Positions 1-10,143 of a DNA stretch of 37,171 nt are shown here, one piece after another (the first letter of the stretch is position 1; the number at the start of each line of letters is the position of its first letter). Source of the DNA: Octopus bimaculoides. Lineage: Eukaryota. The translations under genes and the position numbers were made by a program. The notes beneath the pieces were generated by a model. That model was not told where the DNA came from, did not search any database, and saw nothing but the letters and a program-made list of their open reading frames with translations. The stretch covers positions 188,532,687 to 188,569,857 of the forward strand of contig NC_068981.1 of assembly GCF_001194135.2 (NCBI RefSeq). The letters are read 5' to 3'.

Positions 1-42
1 CCATACCTTCGTTTTATTTGCTTTTTTCATTTTAAATTTGCT

Positions 43-76
43 TTAACCCTAACCCTAACCTCAGGGTTAGGGTTAA
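43..76. repeat. Inverted repeat of telomere-type hexamers (TAACCC)n / (GGGTTA)n
   Basis: ttaaccctaaccct (43-56), loop aacctc, agggttagggttaa (63-76): perfect 14-bp arms. Confidence 0.9.
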
Positions 77-1007
77 TTGTTTCAGAATCGTTTGTTTATG
101 TAGTCGGCACTTAATGTATATCGGCTGAATGGACGTCAGTGATTGGTTGAAATTACAGAAATACGACAACTTTCACATGGAATAACTTATGGATTTCTTT
201 TTTTTAAAGAAGACTAAGAGAAAAAGATGTTTTATATGACACATTCTACCAGTGTTCCAAGTTTCAAAGTGTTTCGTTAATGAAAAATGCGGGCCCCCGT
301 TTTAAAAAAGATCCAAAATAAGTGTATATAAAAAAAAGAGAAAAAAAAGAGAAGAAAAGAAGAGGAGATACCAGACTACTGAATGAATACTGTGAATGAA
401 AAGCTCACTATAGCCATTGTGTTGTGCACCTGGGCAAAGTAACATAACGTTACTTGACACAATCTTTTTAGCTGATGACAAGTTCTACTCCTACTTATTA
501 AGGTTTGTTTGAAAGCAGGAAGTACATCCAGCTGTGAAAACACTTTCCCCAACTATAGACTATATACAAACGTCTGTATTTGTAAAAGAAAAATACATTT
601 TATGTTACTTTTATCACAATATCCTGGAAAATGCACTGGAAAAAGAATACAAAAATAAAAACATATGAAAAATAATAATGTGATAACTAACGCTAGTAGA
701 AAGCTACATCATGCATAATACTTGTTTAAAACCATTGTTAAAATTCATAACAGCATCAGAATAAATGCTTTTTATTAGTTCTTTACAGCTTTTCACGGCT
801 GATAGTCAAAGACTGTGAATGCCAATTTGTCTGCAAAAATGTCAAATTTAATATTCTTTCAATATTCATCAAGTATTTCTTTCAAGTGATGTTTCTGTTT
901 ACAACTGAATTGATTCCAGTTTTTGCATTGCTTCTTAAAAACATGTAAGTGGCCTCTTGTTGTTGGTTACAGAATACCAAAATATTGCTTTGTTAGGTTT
1001 GAATTTG

Positions 1008-1045
1008 CTTGTCTCCCCCACCTCCACTTGTCTCCCCCACCTCCA
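1008..1045 (+). repeat. 19-bp exact tandem duplication
   Basis: cttgtctcccccacctcca occurs twice head-to-tail (1008-1026, 1027-1045). Confidence 0.9.
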
Positions 1046-1621
1046 CTGAAACTAATTATGTGCCTTCATTTAAGGCTTAAAGAATGTTTTTCTGAAATTG
1101 CAATCAGTTTCTTAACTTTGCTCCACATATTTTCTACAATGATTAAAATGAAGTCCCTGTGTGATGTTGGTATATTCATCCACAGAAACTTGAACAATCC
1201 TTTATTCTCAGCATATTTAAGGTTCTGTATATATATATATATATATCTCTCAATCAGGGTTCATGCTAAAGAGAGATACAAATCCTCTTTCAAGAAACAG
1301 TAGTTGAATGTTTGGAATCTCATAGAATTAAAAAAACAAATTCTTACCTATTTCAAAACAAAAAAAAAACATGCAAATAGTTAAATATTTCATTTTTTTT
1401 TAACATTCCATTATTCCATCCCATCCTACACACACACACACACATTAATAAATAAAAATGGAAATTAAAATATAAGTGGGAAATATATTATAATCCTTTT
1501 ACTGCAGTCATGTGGTTAGAAAAATAAACACTTAAATTCTGGAAATATATATGGAATTTCTGAGAGTTAATGATCTGATTTTATAGCAAATTAAGTGGGG
1601 GTATGTGTCTGTATACCTACA

Positions 1622-1651
<30 letters not shown>

Positions 1652-1652
<1 letters not shown>

Positions 1653-1900
1653 CATCATCATCATCCAATGTTTTAAATCAGGGTTTTGCCCCCCTTAACT
1701 GAGATGTTCGGATCTACCTCAATGCCATAGCAACTGAGGTAGGCAGGTGCAGCCCAACCTTTGGGGTGACTGGCTAGTGCCCATTCTCCTTTGCTATCAT
1801 GAGACTTTTTAGAGCTGGATTTTCTACAGGGAGCATGCCCTTGCTTACCCCCAACATCAGTTTCTAAACATGAGTGGTGCCGAGACCAAGGCCTTTACCA
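1652..1900 (-). mobile_element. RTE-type LINE/SINE 3' tail fragment (diverged)
   Basis: (CAT)n followed by gctggattttctacagggagcatgcccttg, related to the tttctacagctggatgcccttcctaa motif of the other RTE tails in the window. Confidence 0.5.
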
Positions 1901-2009
1901 CGATTTTTAAGAAATGTGCTGGAAAACTAGCTCAGGAAGGCAGGGACACTACTCCCTGAGACCCCTTTCGGTGCCTCCTACCTAAATATATATATATATG
2001 CATATATAT

Positions 2010-2130
2010 GGCATTAGGAAGGACATCCAGCTGTAGAAACCATATCAAAGCAGACACTGGAGTATGATGCAGGTTTTTGTTACGTTGGATTCTGTTAAAC
2101 GACCTACCCCATGGAATATCAGCATTAAAA
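2010..2130 (+). mobile_element. RTE-type 3' tail fragment
   Basis: ggcattaggaaggacatccagctgtagaaacc matches the tail motif at 23036-23065 and 29680-29710. Confidence 0.6.
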
Positions 2131-2263
2131 GAGGATATACGTATTATGCTTGCTCTTGTGCTTGTGTGTGTATGTATGTGTATAAATAAACATATATCAT
2201 GCATACACTTGTATGTTATGCATGTGTGTGTGTGTATATTATATATATATATATATATATATA

Positions 2264-2390
2264 CAGGGTGTCCACAAAGTCTGGGTATATGGGGATTAAC
2301 ACATACTTTAAGAAATTATTATTTCTTATATTTAATTGTTTATGTTCTGATTTTATTTACTCCATGTACCCAGACCTTGTGGACACCCTG
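2264..2390. mobile_element. Tc1/mariner-type MITE (127 bp)
   Basis: 29-bp TIRs (cagggtgtccacaaagtctgggtatatgg vs reverse complement cagggtgtccacaaggtctgggtacatgg, 2 mismatches); TA on both flanks (2262-63, 2391-92); no ORF. Confidence 0.85.
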
Positions 2391-2404
2391 TATGTATAAA
2401 ATAG

Positions 2405-2612
2405 TAAATCCCCAACCCCAAAACAAAACGAAGAACAAATACAAGAAAAAAACAACACGAGGACGTGGTACATACAAAGTATTAGCAGACGCTCAGGGAA
2501 GGAAAGAAAGGTGGTTTTACGTTTCGAGCAAAGCTCTTTGTTAGAAACAGGAGACGGAGGAAAGTCCAAGAGAAAAGGAAGACAGGGGAAAAAAGTTGCC
2601 AATGATCCGCAT
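2405..2612 (-). mobile_element. Penelope-like non-autonomous repeat, copy 1 (degenerate hammerhead)
   Basis: Collinear with 29833-30025 (ggacgtggtac...gctcagg...acgtttcgagc...gctct...gaggaaagtccaa); contains hammerhead geometry on the minus strand. The Penelope assignment is inferred from the known association of this ribozyme type with PLEs. Confidence 0.65.
2514..2548 (-). ncRNA. Degenerate minimal type-I hammerhead ribozyme (probably inactive)
   Basis: Minus strand: GUUU [CUAACAA] A GAGC-UUU-GCUC [GAAA] CGU A / AAAC. Stems I and II are intact, but core G5 and G8 are replaced by A. Confidence 0.6.
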
Positions 2613-2724
2613 GTAAATCAAAATTCCATAAAAACTCAATATTCAATTTTATTTATTCATTCCAATTAGGAATGTTTAATAATTGAATGCTGTGAGTTGA
2701 AATCACCATTTTTTTTTTTTTTTT

Positions 2725-3140
2725 NNNNNNNNNNNNNNNNNNNNNNNNNNNNNNNNNNNNNNNNNNNNNNNNNNNNNNNNNNNNNNNNNNNNNNNNNNNN
2801 NNNNNNNNNNNNNNNNNNNNNNNNNNNNNNNNNNNNNNNNNNNNNNNNNNNNNNNNNNNNNNNNNNNNNNNNNNNNNNNNNNNNNNNNNNNNNNNNNNNN
2901 NNNNNNNNNNNNNNNNNNNNNNNNNNNNNNNNNNNNNNNNNNNNNNNNNNNNNNNNNNNNNNNNNNNNNNNNNNNNNNNNNNNNNNNNNNNNNNNNNNNN
3001 NNNNNNNNNNNNNNNNNNNNNNNNNNNNNNNNNNNNNNNNNNNNNNNNNNNNNNNNNNNNNNNNNNNNNNNNNNNNNNNNNNNNNNNNNNNNNNNNNNNN
3101 NNNNNNNNNNNNNNNNNNNNNNNNNNNNNNNNNNNNNNNN
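2725..3140. other. Assembly gap (N) between poly-T and (GA)n
   Basis: Run of Ns. Confidence 1.
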
Positions 3141-3229
3141 GAGAGAGAGAGAGAGAGAGCGTCCAATAATACTATCCATATCACGTCCTCACTTTGTTGT
3201 TTTTTTGTTTTTTTGTTATTGTTTTTTTG

Positions 3230-3232
<3 letters not shown>

Positions 3233-3272
<40 letters not shown>
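3233..3272. repeat. (TA)n microsatellite
   Basis: Direct reading. Confidence 0.95.
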
Positions 3273-3274
<2 letters not shown>

Positions 3275-4166
3275 GCATATGCTCATGTGTATGTGCTTGT
3301 GTGTATATAAATGCATGTATGTACACGTGTATGCATGAGAGAGCTGGAGTAACAGGCAGATTTTCCTGATATTTGAATATACTGAAATTTTTAAGTTTCT
3401 CTTTTCCATCAAATTACTAAAGTTACAGTGTTGATGTCATACTCTCTCACATTCTGTCTTTGATATATTTATTTTGCCTTATCTTCAAACTATGTGTGAT
3501 ATGTGACCTTGACTATCTAGCAAAGGAGTGGTGACTGTAAATGTAAATAATGTACCAGGATTTTCTTTTTTTATTTTATTTTATTTTTTTTAATAATTTT
3601 AGTTCCTTACACATGATGTTGATCATGAAGGACCAAACTACTTGTGTAAGTTATAAACAAATGTATGTCAGATTAACCTATACTATAGAGGCAGTGAAGC
3701 CTTATATGTCAAAAGGCTACAATGAAAATAGTTTTGAAGATGTACCACATGACCAAAGAACTTTTTATTCTGCTAAACATAATATTTAACAAAATATAAT
3801 AATTGATGAAAACTCTAAGAAAATGTGGATAGCTGAAGTTTCATTTTCACCATAATTCATTTCTATGTTTTAAAGATAATTGTAATTAGTTTAAACACAT
3901 ATTCACAAGTGTGCATAAAGAAATATGAGCAGGTGTTTCTAAAATTTACAATTAGTTGAAAAGACAAGTTTTTAATTAATATTAAATTGAGAACAATATA
4001 TTTCAGCATCATACATTTTCATTAAATATCGTACTTCTTTAAGAAAGCTGCACTTAGCCCCCACCATTGAATTTAACATGATGATACAACTAGAAGCTTA
4101 ATTTAAATATAATTTTTCCGAGGAGAATAAACTAAAATCTTCAAATAGGTTTGATTTTTTTTTTTT

Positions 4167-4601
4167 CTTTTATTCTTTTATTGGTTTCAGATATTTGACT
4201 GTGGCCATGCTGGAGCACTGCCTTTAACCAAGTAAATCGAGCCCCAGACTTATTCTTTGTAAGCCCAATACTTACTCTATTGGTGGCTTTTGCCGAACTG
4301 CTAAGTTATAGGAACGTAAACACACCAACATCAGTTGTTAAGTGATGTTGGCGGGGGGCAAATACAGATACACAAACACACACATATACATACATACACA
4401 CACACACACACATACATACATACATACATACATACATGAGGGGCTTTTTCCAGTTTCCGTCGACCAAATTCACTTAGAAGGCTTTGGCCAGTCTGTGGCT
4501 ATAGCAGAAGACACTTGCCCAAGGTACCCCGCAGTGGGATTGAACTTGGAACCATGTGGTTGGTAAGCAAACTACTAATCACACAGCCACTCCTGCACCT
4601 A
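4167..4601 (-). mobile_element. tRNA-headed SINE family A, full-length
   Basis: Reverse complement of the head (ggtgcaggagtggctgtgtg...ggttcaa...ccttgggcaagtgtcttct), an internal (CA)/(CATA) linker and the tail (ccagcatggccacagtc...tgaaac..taaaaga); homologous to 33272-33830. Confidence 0.85.
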
Positions 4602-4725
4602 TATTGTTAACAAGAACATTGGTCTTTTGATTTTTATTGTAGCTTTTTACCTATATATATCAAATAATGAATTCTTTTTCAACTCTAGAAATGTGTCTCA
4701 CAAATGATGGGCATACATGCATATA

Positions 4726-4767
<42 letters not shown>

Positions 4768-4769
4768 AC

Positions 4770-5165
4770 ACTTGCTTTAGCCATTAGACTGTGGCCATGC
4801 TGGGGCACTACCTTGAAGAATTTTAGTTGAATAAACCAACCTCAGCATTTATTAAAATTTTTTAAAGTTTAGTACTTATTCTATCGATCTCTTTTGCTGA
4901 ACTGCTAAGTTACAGTGATGTAAACACACCAACGCAAGTTGTTGATCAGTGGTGGGACATGGACACACACACACACACACACACACATGTATATATACAT
5001 ATGATGGGCTTCTTTCGGTTTCCATTTGTCAAATCCACTCGCAAGGGTTTAGTTGACCCAAGCTATAGTGGAAAACCTTTACCAAAGTATTGCACAGTGG
5101 GACTGAACATGGGACTATGTGGTTGGGAAGCAAATTTCTTACCACACACCCATACCTATGCCTAT
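4770..5165 (-). mobile_element. SINE family A, full-length
   Basis: Same head-microsatellite-tail structure in reverse, directly after the previous copy. Confidence 0.8.
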
Positions 5166-5189
5166 ATATATATGTGTGTACGTGTGTGT

Positions 5190-5335
5190 GTGCGTGTGGT
5201 TAAGACATTTGCTTCCCAGCCTCATGGTTCTGGGCTTGGTCAAACTGTGTGACACATTGAGCAAGTGTTTTGTAATAGACAAGAACTGACCAAAGCCATG
5301 AGAGTGGTTTTGGTAGATGGAGATTGATAGAAATA
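5190..5335 (+). mobile_element. SINE family A head, degenerate
   Basis: gtgtggttaagacatttgcttccc...gaccaaagccatgagagtggttttggtagatgg. Confidence 0.6.
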
Positions 5336-6269
5336 CATTATATATGCTTGTGTATTGGTGTCTCTCATATTATGAGAGAGAGAGAGAGAGGAACAAAAAT
5401 GATGGAATAACATAATATGCTCTTTCAGAGAAAGAACAGCGAGTATTTTTTAGACATTTTACTGCTGATCCTGTTCTCTGGCAGCAGTAGACTAACCTGT
5501 AGAGTTATTAGAGTGAACATGAGTTTATTTAACTCTTTCGTTACTGTATTTCTATTGAGATGTTCTGTGTTCCTTTCAATTACTTTAAATATAACAAAGG
5601 ATTTAGTAAAATAACTTAGTTATCATTAAGCTAGTGTTAGGAACATAAATTGTGACTCAGGTTTGGTGGAAGATTTTAATTCAAAACTTATGAAAACAAG
5701 ACATTTGTACTACAGAGCCAGAGCTGGTTTCAGCCATGTTGGTAATGAAAAGGTTAATTTCCTACACTCACATGAATTTGACAAACTGTTTTTTATTTCA
5801 AGTTATAACCAACTCATATATTTTGATGTCAATGATTCCAACATTTAAATTTTTTTTATATATGTATCTGCTATAACTGTCTACTAAAGTATTATCTTAT
5901 TTGACCGCTAAAGTTATCTCCTGTACCTCTGAAATTACATTTTACTGTACCAAAGAGTGTGGCGATCTGTGCGATAGAAGCATTCATATTTTCCCACCAG
6001 AACTTAAATAAATGACTTACTACATGAGCATATTTACACATGCCTGAGACTTATCATCTCTATGCTTACAGTTGACTTTTCTCTTATCTGTATGATTGCA
6101 GCAGATGGAGTTTTATTGAGTGCATTCATTAAATTTTGAGAAATCAGCAAAATATTTGTGATTCATTCTCTCTCTTTCATTAGGAATCTCTCTTTGTAAA
6201 CAAATGTTTGTAGACTCTGAAGAACTGCTTTGTAATATTTTTAATTAATGTTTATAATAAAGCTGTTGT

Positions 6270-6686
6270 CGGCATAGCTATGTGGTTAAGAAGTTTGCCT
6301 TCCAACTACATTGTTTTGGGTTCAGTCTCATTGTGTGACACTATGGCTAAGTGTTTTCTACTGTAGTTCTATCCTGACCAAAGTTTTGTGTGTGGATTTG
6401 GCAGACAGAAACTGAAAGAAGCCTTTCATACATGTGTGTGTGTTTCTCTTTGTCTTGACATCATGTGATAGCTGTGAATGTATGTTACTGTCACACAAGT
6501 GCTGTCCTTTGTCTCCAATCTTCTGCAAAAATGTCTGCCCGTGAGGAAATATTACCTTGCTTAGAAACATATAAGGGTTGATGACAGCAAGAGCATCTGG
6601 CTGTAGAAAATCTGCCTCAATGTATTCCATGTGACCCATGTGAACAAACAAACGAAGACGATAAAACAATAATGATGATGATGATA
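6270..6686 (+). mobile_element. SINE with family A head and RTE-like (GAT)n tail
   Basis: Family A head to ~6425, short (TG)n, then a different body ending ...agagcatctggctgtagaaaatc...gatgatgatgat. Confidence 0.65.
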
Positions 6687-7157
6687 AAAGGTATCTAATT
6701 CTGAAACACCAGTTCTCTTCATAGATTCTTGTCAATAACACTACTGTCAACACAAGATCTGATTACTTTCATTTCACTACTTCTGTTGCTATCTCATCTA
6801 AAACTACCAACCAGTTCATAATCTTGCTGTTTTTCCAGATTGCTTTTATTTATTTTTTTTTGTCTTTTATGTCTGTTTATTGTTCTCAAGAGCCTACTCC
6901 TCACAATTTGTATAATTGATTTCCAATCATAACCTCTTTAAACTTAAATTCACACGCTTTAGTCAACAACATTCACATTCTGTTCACACTGTTTATTTAA
7001 TAACATATCATAATTGAACATCCCTAGGTAATCCTTGTTAATAGCTAATAATTTTTACATGTTATCATTTTGAAATTCTAATTAAATATAACTGTTTGCT
7101 CTAAAATAATCAGAGGAAAATTTGAAATTTTATCAGCTAAATTGAAGCCTAAACAGA

Positions 7158-7167
<10 letters not shown>

Positions 7168-7191
<24 letters not shown>

Positions 7192-7203
7192 GTAATAATA
7201 ATA

Positions 7204-7235
<32 letters not shown>

Positions 7236-7420
7236 CGTTTAATGCTCATTTCCCATGCTGTCATGGGTTAGACAGTAACAGAAGCTGGCACAGACAGGAG
7301 TCACACCAGGTTCCATAGTCTGTTTTCCCTTGGTTTCTACAGTTGGATGCCTTTCCTAATGCCAACCACTTTACAGAGTGTACAGGGTGCTTTTTACATG
7401 GCACCATCACCAGTACTTTT
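7168..7420 (-). mobile_element. RTE-type 3' tail with (AAT)n tract
   Basis: (AAT)n, then cgtttaatgctcatttcccatgctgtcatgggttagac...tttctacagttggatgcctttcctaatgccaaccac. Confidence 0.7.
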
Positions 7421-7586
7421 TGGGGGTATTAGGGGATGAAATGTGCATGGGAGAAGGTTGACAGCACAGAGCCTTTCATAGACAAACATTGCTAAGGTGG
7501 TATTAGGATATCAATTTTGTTGTGGTGGGTGGGTTTTCCTTGAGTGCAGTAATGTGTCATCAATCTATCTCAGTCCTTTGTCATTG

Positions 7587-7626
<40 letters not shown>

Positions 7627-7628
<2 letters not shown>

Positions 7629-8142
7629 GCCCTGGCTCTCATGGCTTCTGATCTTAATTGATTGGAAGGGTTATCATGTATATTTGTTTTGTCTTGGTAT
7701 AAAAGATAGGCTACAGCAAATATTCTGCTCAATACCACAGATTAGCTTGTCAGTTGTTTGACCTTAACCAATTGAGCATGTTCTTGTGGCTGATGATATG
7801 TGCATCTCTGATCATGACCAGAAATAGTGGGGATAGGAATTCTTTGGGGCTTGAATAACTCACCTCTGGAAGCATGGGTGTTTTGTTCAACATCCTTAAA
7901 CAGCCCTAATTCTAGGACCTTTTGAGCAGGATGGGCTACTCAACCTGATGAAAATTTTAACTGGGCCCCACCTGCGAGGTCATGCACTGTTTATCTTGCT
8001 ATGAGATCACCATATTCCACATGTATGGTTGTGATGCATGTGCCTGGTGTACCCTTATGAAACAGGTAGTCATAATGGGTATACTGGGCTTTGTATATTT
8101 TATCCCAGTGCCATTTTGATGGCATGCACTGTTCTCTCACTC
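7627..8142 (+). mobile_element. Probable retroelement-derived cassette bounded by (AAT)n on both sides
   Basis: ~515-bp block, more GC-rich than its flanks, between (AAT)n at ~7589-7626 and ~8143-8172. Only one copy in the window, so repeat status is inferred. Confidence 0.4.
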
Positions 8143-9927
8143 AATAATAATAATAATAATGATAATAATAATACGATAATAGAGATAAACACACTAGCCA
8201 TACCAGTCATAAATTGCTGCTTTAATATAATAAGCTGCAAGATCAGTGAATTGAGAAACCTAAATAGAAAAACCAGAAAACTATTAACAGCATACGAAAG
8301 TCACCACTCCAAATCAGGATGAGGTTGTGGCTTGATACTGACTGAAAACTACAATAAAATAAAATAATAGTGGTAGTAGTAGTAGTTTTTTTTACCTTGG
8401 ACACAAGGCCTGAAATTTTGGTGGGCGGGGGGCAGTCGATCACTCCAACCCCAGTGCTATGAGGATAATAATGGTATATTTAAGTAAAGCTTACCATTTA
8501 GATTATAATTTACTTATTCAAACATTTTTTTCCTTCATTTATTTCATTAATAATGTTTATTGATAAAAATTTCATTCATTGATATTAATGACCCACATTT
8601 TAGCAACTAATTTTAAATATTTAAACTAAATTTAAAATATAATTTGTTAAAAATTTCCCTAAAAATGAAAAATTGCTTTCAAATTTAACAACCATTTTGT
8701 CATAGTTCCTTTAAATAAGAAATAATGCTCAGCAAATTTTATTTTGCTTTCTTTAAATGTTATTCACAAATCAATTAATAGAATTGCTTGGTACTTAAGC
8801 CACAAATCTGGATCTCAAACTAGAATTAATTAACGAGCCTTTGTTTCTGACCACAATTGGCTCATAGTATATTTTATCAAATTTAATTGTTATATTGTAT
8901 CTTTCAAATTGATTTTAATTCCATTTTAGATGACTAAAATAAGCACCGTTCTTTTACTCTCATGATAGTATTGTCATTCTAAAGTGAAAATAGAAAATTT
9001 CCACTTTAAGAAAGCATTAATTTCTCTTGTGTGCATTAAATATAATCGTACGACAGGATTACAACATTGAGCATATCTAATCAGATTATAGATAAATTAT
9101 TATTCTTCAGCCAATACAGATATGATTATAAATATTTCCCAACCTGAATTATTCTTCATAATGTAAAAGAGAAAAAATTGTTTATTTCTGTAAATCTTTC
9201 TTCAGTTATAGAGATTATACCAAGATTAATTAAGTGAAAGAAAAGTCCTGAGTCAGGTTATATCATTAACTAAATCAAATTTAGAGCCTATGTAGAAATA
9301 ATTCCAGCATGAGTAGAGCCATGTTGTATTGTGTATTGAAGAGATAACCATGTTGATAGATTGAAATTTGTTAAAATTACTGAATGCAGTGCGTCCAAAG
9401 AATTTTATTGCAATATATATATACAGTAATTTAAATAGTTTCTGGAATATAAACTATTTTATAAATTCAGCACATCTGATATAAAAAAACAAAAACTTTG
9501 TGCTTTTTGCAATTTATAATTCAATTTCTAATATTTTAAAATGGAATCTAGATTTTATATGAGATATTATAGTCCTTAATATAATAATTGCACCAGAAAT
9601 CTTCATAAGAATGAAAGCGTATTTTCCATTGGTTGGTTGGCTGGGTGGTTGGTTGGTAGCTTTTGTTTCAGTTTTCTTTTCTAATTAAAATTCTGAAACT
9701 TATGAAAGATCTTTTAAACCAAATTGATAAATAAATAGAGCAACAAAGGCAACATCCACTTTTAAGTGGTGTATAAATTTGGTAAATGGTAGATCTGGAA
9801 TCTCACTAAAGGAAGATTCCAGATTTGCTCTAAAAGCAACATCAACTTAAAAGATTGTAAACACTAATAGTGTAATAATTATCTTTGATTTTCTTAGTTT
9901 TTACTTTTACTGATATAAGCTAGTATT

Positions 9928-10143
9928 CTTTTGTGATCTAGGCATAAGGTCCAAAATTTTTGGGGAAGGGACCAGTTGATTAGATCAACCCCAGTACACA
10001 ACTGGTACTTAATTTATCGACCCTGAAAGGATGAAAGGCAAAGTTTACCTTGGTGGAATTTGAAATCAGAACGTAAAGACAGATGAAGTACTACTAATCG
10101 TTTCACTCGGCATGCTAAAGTTTTTACCAGTTCGCTGCCTTGA
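9928..10143 (-). mobile_element. tRNA-headed SINE family B
   Basis: Reverse complement of ggcagcgaactgg...ctgatttcaaattcc...tttgcctttcatcctttcagggtcgataaattaagtaccag; homologous to 17015-17250. Confidence 0.85.

Noticed and set aside
43-76. Telomere-telomere fusion scar
   Set aside because: The orientation is CCCTAA then TTAGGG, the reverse of an end-to-end fusion, and there are only about two units per side.
923-3412. Long ORFs in the ORF track (923-1303, 2077-2544, 2666-3412 and others)
   Set aside because: Their length comes from (TA)n/(TG)n tracts (YIYI, CVCV), transposon sequence or Ns; there is no protein-like composition or homology.
7940-7980. CTGATGA motif as a fourth hammerhead
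   Set aside because: There is no stem II followed by GAAA and no cleavage triplet with a stem I partner.
3400-9900. Minus-strand peptides resembling an LRR/Toll-like receptor relic (e.g. LSGNFLFSL-like, NSCECRKL..WLK, VNCKHRD, LQNYFHCS)
   Set aside because: The matches are scattered over several frames with many stops. A spot check of the plus strand at ~9020-9230 gave equally LRR-like strings, so AT-driven L/I/N enrichment explains them. A profile search against shuffled controls would be needed.
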